A program made the position numbers and the translations under genes. Below the pieces are notes generated by a model. The model saw only the letters and a list, made by a program, of their open reading frames with translations. It did no database searches and had not been told where the DNA came from. A stretch of DNA of 62,986 bases, counting the filler, from Octopus bimaculoides (lineage: Eukaryota), in the NCBI RefSeq assembly GCF_001194135.2. It is 5 parts of 5 records of this genome, joined end to end, with 100 filler letters (N's around TTAATTAATTAA, not from the genome) between each part and the next. Parts side by side here need not be neighbours in the genome. Positions count along the whole stretch, not along the records: positions 47,796 to 60,709 come from NC_069003.1; positions 60,810 to 62,986 come from NC_069000.1; 3 more parts are not named here. One strand, written 5' to 3'. Shown here piece by piece: positions 50,791 to 62,986 of the stretch; the first letter of the stretch is position 1; every line of letters starts with the position of its first letter.

Positions 50791-51008
50791 GTACGTTAGC
50801 AGGTCAGGCTAAAACGTTAGCTCGCCAGATGAAGTTGTTAGCGGTATTTCGTCTGTCTTTACGTTCTGAGTTCAAATTCCGCCAAGGTCAACTTTGCCTT
50901 TTATCCTTTCGGGTTCGATAAATTAAGTACCAGTTGCATACTGGGGTCGATCTAATCGACTGGTCCCCCTCCCCCAAAATTTCGGGCCTTGTGCCTAGAG
51001 TAGAAAAG
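50791..51008 (+). mobile_element. Young type B SINE with 14-bp TSD
   Basis: AATATTCAATGACT at 50777-50790 and 51009-51022; body CpG-intact; first ~25 bp deviate from the family head. Confidence 0.9.
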
Positions 51009-51391
51009 AATATTCAATGACTCTTCAATTATATTTTAAGCTTTTCCTACCTCCACACCAAATAAAGAGACATAAAAGATCGTCAAATTTATCCTGGATT
51101 CCCTGTACATGGACGTTCAAAGATTAAATAGTTTAACGTTCACAAAGCTAATACAATTATGATATTCTTTCTTATTTTTAGCAATAATTTTAGTTATAAT
51201 ACTTAATATTTCATATTCATATTCAATTATAATATATAAATTCGGTCAATAACAGCTTTTATATTTCATTGTGATTTGAATTATGCTTCTTTGCATTTCA
51301 CTGACCATCTCACCATTCTATACATATACTGAGATATTCAATCAACAGATATATATATATATATACATGTATATGCATACGTATACACACA

Positions 51392-51511
<120 letters not shown>

Positions 51512-51990
51512 NNNNNNNNNNNNNNNNNNNNNNNNNNNNNNNNNNNNNNNNNNNNNNNNNNNNNNNNNNNNNNNNNNNNNNNNNNNNNNNNNNNNNNNNN
51601 NNNNNNNNNNNNNNNNNNNNNNNNNNNNNNNNNNNNNNNNNNNNNNNNNNNNNNNNNNNNNNNNNNNNNNNNNNNNNNNNNNNNNNNNNNNNNNNNNNNN
51701 NNNNNNNNNNNNNNNNNNNNNNNNNNNNNNNNNNNNNNNNNNNNNNNNNNNNNNNNNNNNNNNNNNNNNNNNNNNNNNNNNNNNNNNNNNNNNNNNNNNN
51801 NNNNNNNNNNNNNNNNNNNNNNNNNNNNNNNNNNNNNNNNNNNNNNNNNNNNNNNNNNNNNNNNNNNNNNNNNNNNNNNNNNNNNNNNNNNNNNNNNNNN
51901 NNNNNNNNNNNNNNNNNNNNNNNNNNNNNNNNNNNNNNNNNNNNNNNNNNNNNNNNNNNNNNNNNNNNNNNNNNNNNNNNNNNNNNNNNN

Positions 51991-52048
<58 letters not shown>

Positions 52049-54184
52049 TATACACTCACATATATTCTTTTATATATGTATACACACATATACATATGCA
52101 TGTAAGCATATATATACATACATAAATATAGACACACAATGCGCGCGCGCTTTTATATGTAATTATTGATTAGAAATAAGACGCATGAGATGTTAGTTAG
52201 TGAAATATAACGGGAGAATTATTGTTATCTGAAATATTATTTCCAATGACATAAATATATTATATTATCGATAATTTCTGTCAGGTTGTAGCATATGGAC
52301 TGGAGACTCGTTGAATAAAAGTTTCATTCATTTCCAGTTTCCATATTACTATAATGTTTTATGCTAAATTTGTTCTCGAAATGACCTCTCATCGTGTTGG
52401 AATATATCCAACACCACTACTCTGGAACACTCCATGGTTTATATAACAAATGCGTTTTAATAAAATGTAGAAGTGGCAGAATGATTAAGATCTCTTAGGA
52501 ATTTTTTAGATCCCGGGTTCGATCAAAGTATGATATACCTTGGGCAATTATCTTTTACCGTATCCATTAATCAGCCTGATCAATGTGATTGTGGAAATGA
52601 AATCTATGTGAAAACCTAGTCGATAGCTTTTGCATCCCATTTCAAGAGCTACTCAGGTCATACATAATTGTAGCTTGATTTCACATGCAAGTTTAGGTAA
52701 CGTGAACAAAGATGTATAGCGTTTAGGTAATTGCTCTTTGATGATGGTTTCTGTCTGTAAGCCAAAAAGGACTACTTTGTGATACACTGAATTACGAGCT
52801 GGCCATTCGAGAGCATATATTTTGTTTGAGACTGCCTGGGCGTATTATGCAAATATTCGTGCGTTGCAAATATAGATGGTAACGAAAAATATCATGAATA
52901 AAAACAATCCTTTAAAATGTTTCAGATTTATAATTCCAGCACTGCGTGACTCAAGGAATTACGTGGACCCCAGTGTTTAACTTGTACTTATTTTATCGAC
53001 CTCCAAAAGGACGAAAGGCAAGGGTGACCTCGCCGAAATTCGAACTTTGTACGTAAAGACGGACGAAATACTGCCAAGAATTTTGGCCCGGCATGCTGGC
53101 AATTACGTCAGTTTGCTGTCTTATTTTGTATAATATGGTTTTTGATATCTATTGCAAATTCAAATTTCATATTTTTGAACATTTCTCCAGAAATAGTTGA
53201 CAAAACATATTAGTACCCATACTGGTTTAGATTTCTATATTAATATATCGGGATGATTACGCATGAATAGATAGACACCAAGTTAATTCTCTGACATTTC
53301 TATTCTTAAAATTCAACTTCATAATCAGAATATGTACCCCAGAAACAGGTGATTTGGCTAGAAGGAAAGGTTCGAACAAATATCAATAAACTATATAGAC
53401 GAACAACTATAGGTATGTGGAATTTATTTACATAAATTACAGCATTATATTATGTTATATAATCGTATATTTACAGCTGAGTCGAAGTATACTGTGAATA
53501 GTTGATATTATTACGCATATTATGCATTTAGCTGTAAATATAAATGATATAAAGCAATATTACACAAAGGCATATAAGGAAACGTAATATAAATATTGAC
53601 ACTGTTTCCTTCTGTGCTTGTATGTAATATTGATCTCTATCCACAATTAATTGCATAATATGCGAAATTATATCCACATTTCAATTTCAGAGGATGTATC
53701 GAATATCTCTAAATGTCTGAATATGTCTGACCGCCTGTCTTTATTGATATATTAATAATACAGCAATTGTTAATGAACTGTGTACTAGTTGAATATTTAT
53801 GAATTTATTATTGAAATTCACGCTATTATGCTTCATATCGATTCAGATTCCTAAGATTAGGATGTAAAAATGAGCAGAAAATACAGAGAACCCGTGTGCC
53901 ACAAATGATATAGGATTTAGTTTATATTCCTGTCTTTGTCAGAAGAGGAGCGGCAGCACTGATCATCATTTTGAGGACATGGAGAAGAGATGGATTTACC
54001 CTTTAACCAGAGAGTTAACTACAATACTTGCAACAGACTAGACTCCACGAAAGGTGCCAGAAGGCCAAATGATAGTTCAAATCGAACTATCATTCACTCT
54101 ATAATAAAACGTTTTAACTGGAACTGAAATATCTATTTGAAAAATTGTAATTAGAAATATATACCAATAATGACTTGTCATAAG

Positions 54185-54568
54185 CACGGCTCAGTGGTTA
54201 GAGCGTCGGGCTCACAATCATGAGGTAGTGAGTTCGATTCCTGGGCTGCGTTGTGTGTTGTGTTCTTGAGTAAGACACATTATATCACGTTGTTCCAGTT
54301 CACTCAACTGTAGAAATGAGTTGCAATGTCACTGGTGCTAAGCTGTATCGGCCTTCGCCTTTCTCTTGGATAACATCGCTGGCGCGAGGAGGGGCGCAGC
54401 TGGTATGCATGGGAGACTGCTGGTAAATAACCCTGCCCGACCCCTGTTGTACTCTTTCTTCCCGTTTCTTGAGTAACGCTGCGATGGGGGGGGAACATAT
54501 ACGCCATAGAAACCGGGAAACCGGACTCATGAGCCTAGCTAAGCATTGAAAGGGCAAGAAGAAGAAAT
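54185..54568 (+). mobile_element. tRNA-derived SINE (type C) with alternative tail
   Basis: A box CGGCTCAGTGGTTAG, B box AGTTCGATTCCT; same core as 43486-43817 but different 3' region ending (GAA)n. Confidence 0.8.
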
Positions 54569-55434
54569 ACTAAAATGTATTTTTTGTTCCAAGTTCTGCC
54601 GTTTATGGAAGGGCTTTCAACTGTGGTACAAATTCAAATATTAACATTTTACATAACTTGAATACGAACTCAAATTACGCAGAGAATTATGTATTGAGTA
54701 AACGTTTGAATTATTGTAATTGCTCTCAAATTTAAATTTCAAGCGCTGATAAATTTTTATGCTCTTGCTTAAGGAAATATTTCTAGCGATAAATTTGTGA
54801 TTCTCTTTTAAAATGAAGTGGAAAGTTTTTTTCAAGAAGGGTTATACTTAAGAAATTTAGAATTATACAATTGTGCAAAAGGAAATTGGTCGATAAAATT
54901 ACTATTTATTTTACAAACAGAAATAGTTCAAGTATTTTTTTTTTACAAATGAAAATACTATATTTGATGTGAAATGAACTTGAAATAATAAAATCTCCTA
55001 TTCTAGCATCGTTGTGGAAGTAAAATAGAATATGATTAGACTGGCGAAGAAACGAATGAGTGAAGAAACATAATTAATTGCTCTGAAAAGTTTCGAATGT
55101 GGTGGTTATATCTGTATTCTGTTGATGGGGCAATACTTTTCTGTTTACCGTAGTTTTCATTTAACTGTTTATCACTATGACGGCTCTGAAGGCGCAAAAC
55201 TTAGATAAAATGCGTTCTAGCCAAGAACCAGGGTTAACATTGTCTACTGTATCCCAGTTTTTATATTAGAATGCAGGTTGTGAGTTGTGGAAGATTTCGC
55301 TCCTATTTCTAGAAGATCAAAAGCTCATGTAGGGAATGTGTAGCACATTTTCAACAAATCTTCAAGAAAAAATTGACATAAATCACGTTACAAATGGAGC
55401 AATAAAATAACTGTAATGACTATGAAGTAAAATG

Positions 55435-55775
55435 AATTTAAGTAATTTCTTTTACAAAGTCTCACCATACGCACAACATCGTTTTACGCGGATGAAGATC
55501 TTGTTTCACGCGCGGTGTCGCTTGTTTACTGGAGCTAAGCCATTCTTTACGCTGCTTCATATTGATGTACAGGCACCATTTTTCGCCGCCAGTAATGATT
55601 CGGTAAAGAAATCGTTGCTTGTGTCCATGAATTGAGCGGTGACGAGCAACCAAACCAGCGGAGATTGTGGTTCATTGATTTTTGTTGTTGTCACTTAAAG
55701 CATGCGGAACCCATGCTCCATACTTCCTATCGAGGGAAGATGCTTCTCTATAGCAGTGTGGGAGGTTCCGGAGAC
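55435..55775 (-). mobile_element. Mariner transposase fragment
   Basis: GAWVPHALS, RFLYRIITGGEKW, DLHPRKTMLCVW. Confidence 0.88.
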
Positions 55776-55861
55776 ACCAAAGGAATTTCCAGCCTCAAGT
55801 TCATATCTATCTATCTATCTATCTATCTACCTATCAATCTTTCTGTCTGTCTGTCTTCTAA

Positions 55862-55950
55862 TAGCCTCGGACCGGGCAAAGCGTTATCAGTAGATTTTGT
55901 AGACGGAAACTGAAACAAGCCCGTAGTATATTTACGTGTGTGTGCGTGTG

Positions 55951-56005
<55 letters not shown>

Positions 56006-56248
56006 GTGCGTGTGTTTGTGTGTGTGTATGTGTCTGTTCGTGTTTGTCTCCGACCAGTATTCGAGAATCGGTGTTGGTGTGTTTACGTCTTCGTAACATA
56101 CCGGTTCGACAAAAGTGACTGATAGAAGAGGTAGCAAGTTTTTAAAAAAGAAGTCATGAGGTCGATTTGTTTCGATTAAAAAACCCTTTCAGGCGGTGCC
56201 CCAGCATGGACGCGGTCAAAATGACTGACGTAAGTAAAGAATAAAAGA
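55862..56248 (+). mobile_element. Type A SINE, 5' truncated
   Basis: TATAGCCTCGGACCGG..GTAGACGGAAACTGA, internal (TA)(TG) tract, GTAAAGAATAAAAG tail. Confidence 0.8.
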
Positions 56249-58524
56249 TATTTTAATGTTNNNNNNNNNNNNNNNNNNNNNNNNNNNNNNNNNNNNNNNN
56301 NNNNNNNNNNNNNNNNNNNNNNNNNNNNNNNNNNNNNNNNNNNNNNNNNNNNNNNNNNNNNNNNNNNNNNNNNNNNNNNNNNNNNNNNNNNNNNNNNNNN
56401 NNNNNNNNNNNNNNNNNNNNNNNNNNNNNNNNNNNNNNNNNNNNNNNNNNNNNNNNNNNNNNNNNNNNNNNNNNNNNNNNNNNNNNNNNNNNNNNNNNNN
56501 NNNNNNNNNNNNNNNNNNNNNNNNNNNNNNNNNNNNNNNNNNNNNNNNNNNNNNNNNNNNNNNNNNNNNNNNNNNNNNNNNNNNNNNNNNNNNNNNNNNN
56601 NNNNNNNNNNNNNNNNNNNNNNNNNNNNNNNNNNNNNNNNNNNNNNNNNNNNNNNNNNNNNNNNNNNNNNNNNNNNNNNNNNNNNNNNNNNNNNNNNNNN
56701 NNNNNNNNNNNNNNNNNNNNNNNNNNNNNNNNNNNNNNNNNNNNNNNNNNNNNNNNNNNNNNNNNNNNNNNNNNNNNNNNNNNNNNNNNNNNNNNNNNNN
56801 NNNNNNNNNNNNNNNNNNNNNNNNNNNNNNNNNNNNNNNNNNNNNNNNNNNNNNNNNNNNNNNNNNNNNNNNNNNNNNNNNNNNNNNNNNNNNNNNNNNN
56901 NNNNNNNNNNNNNNNNNNNNNNNNNNNNNNNNATATATACGACGGGATTCTTTCAGTTTCTTCTATCAAATCCACGTACAAGGGATTGGTCCGCCCAAGG
57001 CTATATATAGTTGAAGACACTTGCCGAAGGTTCCACTCTGTGGTATTGAACCCGGACTCATGTGGTAGAGTAAGCGTTAATGTGTGTTTTTCTCTGTATC
57101 TGGCAAACTGGCTTAAAGTCACGAATTTGCTAAATATTATAGTGTTGCTTAGAATGTCACGAAGTATTTGTTCAGCCCTGATTTCAAATCACACCGAAGT
57201 CAATACTGTCTTTCATTATTACGAAATCGACGTAGAAGCGGAACTGTAAGAATATCAAATAGGATATCTAGCTGTCTTAATTCCAGCTCTTTGCATTCAG
57301 ATTTGAATCACACTATGTCACACTTGGATAATAGACGTAATTCGTTGTCATGTTTAACACCGCCATCTTGCATTTTAGGTGCCTTTAGCAAACTCAACTG
57401 CGTTAAAAGTTGCTAGGCAGGGCCTTGAGTTTTAGTATAATTTCTTCCCCCTCTAACAACATCTGAAGCCCTGTAAATAGCTATGAGCACTACCTTCTTT
57501 CGTACTATAAACAGAAATGTTTATGTGTCTATGTATGGCGTATGTATGAAGGTCTTTGTGTATGCATGTGCTAATGTCTTTCGTTGTGTTTAAGTGTGTA
57601 AATATTTGTGAGCTTAAGTATGTGCATGTATATCTATGTAACTTTTTTTGTATCTCTAAATGTGCATCTGGTTTTGTCGTCACCTTTTATTATGGAAATA
57701 CGATCGTTCTTTTATGCAACGAAATGAGAGAAAAATATTTTTCTGGGAAAAGAAAGCCTATCAGAAATCACAAGAAACAAAACCGAAGCAGAACTATGAA
57801 ATTCCAATAACTAACGTCACAACTATAGGAATTTAAAAATATCGTTCTTGAATTTAAATCACGCATTATGCATAGAAATAGATGCTAGTGTGCCCGCTCA
57901 AAGTGTGAAAAAGATCAAAACAAACATTGCCCTTCAATCTACGTTTGCTTTCGGCAGCTAGGTCATTTGAGATGGATTTCCTTGTAAGGCTCCTGATCGG
58001 ATTACATACGAGCATGTTTTCCCCGAAGTATATTGTTGCTAAATGTGAGCATGCAGGAAAAGCTTGCACGTGCTTTGCAAGAAAAACACGGGTTTAAAAT
58101 TAACTGTATATTTTCTTTAAAAAAAACTTATAAATGTAAGAATTTCTATGTCTAAAAGATATAATTCCTTACTCCACACCACTGTTCGATATTGAATTTC
58201 AAAACGTGTTTGCGCATTATTCAATATTTATCTATAATAATAACAACAATAATAGTAGTAATAACAATAATAATGAGTAACAACAATATTAACAGTATCA
58301 GCAACAGCAATAAAACAAATAATAATGACAATAATAAAAATAATAATAATTTTTAAAAATAATAATAATTGCCTTTTAAGAATATTATTGCGTGTGTATG
58401 GATGCGTGCCGAGACACTGTTGCCTTTTGTAAAAGTAATAAGTACTTAGTTAAGAAACTTCGCAAGTAGCTTTTGTAAATAACAAACAAACTTTATATTC
58501 AACTCACACAATTTCACTCGCTAT

Positions 58525-58525
58525 T

Positions 58526-58578
<53 letters not shown>

Positions 58579-58628
58579 ATTTGGTAGCAGCAACAGCACC
58601 AGTAGTAGTAGTAGTAGTAGTAGTAGTA

Positions 58629-58659
<31 letters not shown>

Positions 58660-58830
58660 AGAAGAAGAATGAGAAGAAGAAAAGAAGGAGGAGTAGAAGA
58701 AGAAGAATGAGAAGAAGAAGAAGAAGGAGGAGGAGGAGGAGGAGGAGAAGGAGGAGGAGAAGAAGAGGAAAGAGGAGGAGGAGAAGAAGAAGAAGAAGAA
58801 GAAGAAGAAGAAGAAGAAGATATGATGATG
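58525..58830. repeat. (TTTC)n, (GTA)n, (GAA)/(GGA)n compound tract
   Basis: Direct reading. Confidence 0.9.
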
Positions 58831-59514
58831 ATGGTAATTATTGGCACGGGAGATTATTATAGAGGTGGAAATCATAATGATGGTGGAGTGTAGGTTGGAG
58901 GGGTGAAGGAGAAAAAAACAGATGATCTTGTAGAAGACGAGGGAGAAGAAAAACGAAGTGTAGTAGTTGTAGCAGCGTTAGCAGAAGGTGAAGAAAAATA
59001 AATAGACATACATATGAGCAAAAATGAAAATAACCATTTGGTAGGGTCCCCTTTTCTCTTTTCTTTTTTGTGTTTCGACATTTTTTACTTTTACCTGAAT
59101 AATTCGGTAAATACAAATTTCTTACTCATAAGCTTAACGAGATCGGTATTGAAAGTAACAGATGAGGATACAACTCTTCAAATGGTGATGAAGTGCATCA
59201 GCTACAATCTTTTGCCCGGATATCGACGTTAGCCAAGCTTGTTAACCAAATCACAGTGACAGCAAATTGTAAGTGATTTCAAGAGGCAGCCATGTTCACC
59301 AAATCTCATGTTAACTTTTTTTGCTTTCTTTTTGTACTAGATGAGTCCAAGAGATCGTTTTTATTTGACGTTTTTCTTCATTTCGACAGGCAATAAAAAT
59401 GAATAGTTATATTTATATTTATATTTATTTCGATATAACTGTGTTTCTTTCTAAATCTCTCTTTCTTTCTCATTACATACATGCATACATATGTACATAT
59501 TTACATTCACACAC

Positions 59515-59560
<46 letters not shown>

Positions 59561-60079
59561 CCCAATACATAATCAATCCAAGGAAGAAACAACCCAAAAA
59601 CGAATAAAAAGCGAAAAGAGAAAAAGAAGAAAAGGCGAAAACAGAAAAGTGAGAGAGAGAGAGAGAAAAAAACAAAAGAAAAACACGAACGTGAGGACGT
59701 GCACAAGAATTATATTAGTTTGACTCTTGGTGAAAGGAGAAAGTTTTTAATGTTTCGAGCAAAACTCTTCGTCGGAAAGGAGCTAGGCAAGAGTCTAAAA
59801 TAGAAGAAAAATCGCCAACCTGTGGATCACGCATTTGAGGTGACATATATATGTATATATAGTTTTATATATANNNNNNNNNNNNNNNNNNNNNNNNNNN
59901 NNNNNNNNNNNNNNNNNNNNNNNNNNNNNNNNNNNNNNNNNNNNNNNNNNNNNNNNNNNNNNNNNNNNNNNNNNNNNNNNNNNNNNNNNNNNNNNNNNNN
60001 NNNNNGTGTGTGTGTGAGAGAGTGTATATATATATATATATATATCAGCATATAGAACTGATGAAAACTCATAAAAACA

Positions 60080-60225
60080 TGAACTAAAATGCGGAGATCA
60101 TACAGATTGATCCGCCGATTTTCGTGCAGGATTTGCTCAACCTTTGCGACTGTCCTGTCGGAAATTGACGGTCACCCGCTTCTTTCTTCGTCATGAATTT
60201 CAGTCCGACCAGCTGCAAAACTCCC
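60080..60225 (-). mobile_element. Mariner transposase N-terminal fragment
   Basis: FAAGRTEIHDEERSG*PSISDRTVAKVEQILHENRRI. Confidence 0.75.
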
Positions 60226-60671
60226 TAGACCAAATTGAAAAATATAAATTTTTTGTGCTATAAAATTTACTAAATAAAAAGGGCATACATATGTATGTAT
60301 GTATGTATAGGCGTGTACGTGTGTAAATATGTTGCTTTGTTGTTCTGAATGTATTGATGGGAATATGTTCGTGAGTTTATAATGTTATGATAACATTTGC
60401 GACCAATGTAATAATATCCGGGCAGAAATATAGAATTTTCTCTGTACGCATTGAAAGGCATCTCGCGAAAAATATCAAATTTTTCAGTTAATTTATATCT
60501 TAATTTACGTACTACAATCTTGTTTTCATACCTAATATGCGCATACATACAGAATCATCTATGAAAATACCTCCTTTCTATATACATGTATGTATATGTA
60601 CGTATTTTTAAATATATATATACATATATAAATAGATATACACACACGTATACACATATATATATACACAC

Positions 60672-60709
<38 letters not shown>

Positions 60710-62329
60710 NNNNNNNNNNNNNNNNNNNNNNNNNNNNNNNNNNNNNNNNNNNNTTAATTAATTAANNNNNNNNNNNNNNNNNNNNNNNNNNNNNNNNNNN
60801 NNNNNNNNNGTTAATTAACACCTGTCCATGTCTCAGAACGACATCCCGTCCAACCTTCTCACGTCAATGATTTAATCATTGATACTTATTCGTGCGTCAT
60901 TAGAGTCGTCGTAATCGATATCCTCATCAACATTATCATCATCATACTCACATTCTCGACGTTATCGTCATCTTCCTCGTAGTCGTCCTCCTCCTCCTCC
61001 TCCTCTTCCCGTCCTTTTCTTCTTCCTGTGTTCTTTTCTTCTTTGGGTGGAAACAATTCTGCTCAATAAACACTCTCGTATCTTCCGTCTCTCTCTCATT
61101 AATCAAACACCCAACGAACTCTGTGAAAATAGGCGTGATTTACCGGTAAGCTACCAGGTGTATACCATTTCTGTGGGCGCATATGTGTGTGTGTGTTGGG
61201 GAGGGGTGGTTCGTCTTTAGCGCCGAAAATCGCTGACACCAAAACAAACCAAATAATCAATAAATTATGCAAAATCATCAGCATCCAAGTAACTGCGCCA
61301 AGATGTCTCATTCTGTCATCAAATACCTATTCTGTTACTGGATGTTCCATTTTCTACTCTTGTTAAAAACTATGAACATTGATTCAAGCAATCAATATTA
61401 AAATGCATTGAATCGTAATGACCGATAAATATTTCTCGAATTTTCTGTTAAAACACTTACATTTCTGTGTATCATTAATAACTTCCTGCTTGTGTTTTTT
61501 CTTTATCAATATTTATACACGAGGACTTTTCTTTATCTCAAAATATATTTGCAGACGATCTCTCTTCAATTTTTAATTTCAAATCAATGATTTTTCATAT
61601 TTTATCTGACTTTATCTTTCTGTCATCTTCTTCATGTGATAACACATATCAAGTGTTACGTTTGTATACAATGTTCGTATCGTAACAATTTCAGGATATC
61701 TTTTTATATACAAATTCTGTGTGTTTTTCTGACCGATAACCGGTATTTTTAATTCCTATGGCCATTGTTATCGCTGCCATTTTGCTGCTGCAGCTTCTGT
61801 TGTTGTCATTGTTGCTCTCCTGGGTATTATTGTTACTGTCGTGGCTGTGGTTCTTGTAGTTATTATTTGTGTTGCTAGACCTGCTATGGTCGATGGTACA
61901 GTCCACAGCAGTTGTTGTTATTGTTGCTTCGTTGTTGTTGTTGTTGGTGCAGTAGTAGTTGTAGTATTATTGTCATTGCTGCTTTAACTGTTAGTCTCAA
62001 TGCTGCCGTTGTATATTTGTATATATGCATGTGTGTATATTTGTATGCATGTTTGCATGTTTGTATTCATGTTTGTATGTATGCACGTATATTTACGTAT
62101 ATGCGTCTGTATGTATGTACGTATGTACGTATGTATGCATGTATGCATATGTATATTTGCATATTTCTATGTATGCTTCTGTATGTATATTTGTATGTAT
62201 GCATGTGTGTATATTTGTACGCATGTACGCATGTACATATTCATGTTTGTAAGCGTTCACGTATATGTATGTATATGCAACTGTATGTATATATATATAT
62301 GTACATTTATATTTATGCATGTATTCAAA

Positions 62330-62890
62330 AATTAGTAAAAGTAATAGAGACACAGAAGAAACTAATTCAGGAAGCTAAAATGTCATTTGGAAAAAAAAGA
62401 AAAGCGAAATAAAGTCAAAAGAAGCATTAATATCGAAATCAGAGAGAAAAAAAATGATTAAACTGGTATGGATGACCTACAGTTTTATATGGAACAGAAA
62501 CATAAGCATAAAAAAAGTATTATGAAAATAGATGACAAAAAAATCTCTGAGATGTGGACATGTAGAGAATATCATAGAAGTATAATATAAGACCAATGAA
62601 GAAGAAGGAAGAACGGTAAAAAGTAAGAATATTTTATTTGAAAGAGTCAAAGAGAGAAAATTAAAATATTTTGGACATTTAAATAGGAAGAAAAAAATGG
62701 TTTACAGGGATTGTTAATGGAATGGGGTGGGGAGGAACTAAAGGAAGAGAAATGGGGAAACTAGGAATTATGTTATTGGGTTTATATCAAAAATTGGGGA
62801 GATTTTAAAATACAGTGAATGTGTAAGGACAGTACAAAGAAGAACAAGATGGCGACCTATGGCTTTCAGGCAGCTAAAAGCAGACGATAC

Positions 62891-62891
<1 letters not shown>
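62330..62891 (+). mobile_element. Decayed RTE-clade LINE 3' fragment
   Basis: AKMSF.K.., VKERKLKYFGHL.RK, RTE-like end GATGGCGACCTATGGC..AGCAGACGATACC followed by (TATC)n. Confidence 0.55.

Positions 62892-62970
<79 letters not shown>
62891..62970. repeat. (TATC)n microsatellite
   Basis: Direct reading. Confidence 0.95.
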
Positions 62971-62971
<1 letters not shown>

Positions 62972-62986
62972 ACTATTCTGTGTGTT

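Noticed and set aside
53943-54042. Exon-like frame KRSGSTDHHFEDMEKRWIYPLTRELTTILATD*
   Set aside because: No convincing donor, no phase-compatible partner, no recognisable homology.

Overview
AT-rich, repeat-dense eukaryotic genomic DNA with many assembly gaps. The SINE families and microsatellite load look like an Octopus (coleoid cephalopod) genome; this is inferred from pattern recognition, not a database search. One confident protein-coding gene is present: an intronless SLC25A45-like mitochondrial carrier on the minus strand (17064-17984). Most of the rest is microsatellite, tRNA-derived SINEs of at least five types, decayed non-LTR elements (R4/Dong, HERO-like, RTE, CR1, L1/Tx1, Penelope GIY-YIG) and DNA transposon remnants (DD37D/maT, mariner, hAT-like and Tc1-like MITEs). 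The most notable observation is a tRNA-headed SINE carrying a minimal, Penelope-type hammerhead ribozyme fold (30684-30966). Others are a 28S rRNA fragment inserted between 8-bp direct repeats, a head-to-head mariner foldback with junction microhomology, a dense TGT(A/T)ACA motif cluster containing a near-perfect miR-2 complement, and a CpG-depleted domain that may hide an unannotated multi-exon gene. Most entries in the ORF track are microsatellite or N-run artefacts. TE boundaries are approximate unless a TSD is given.
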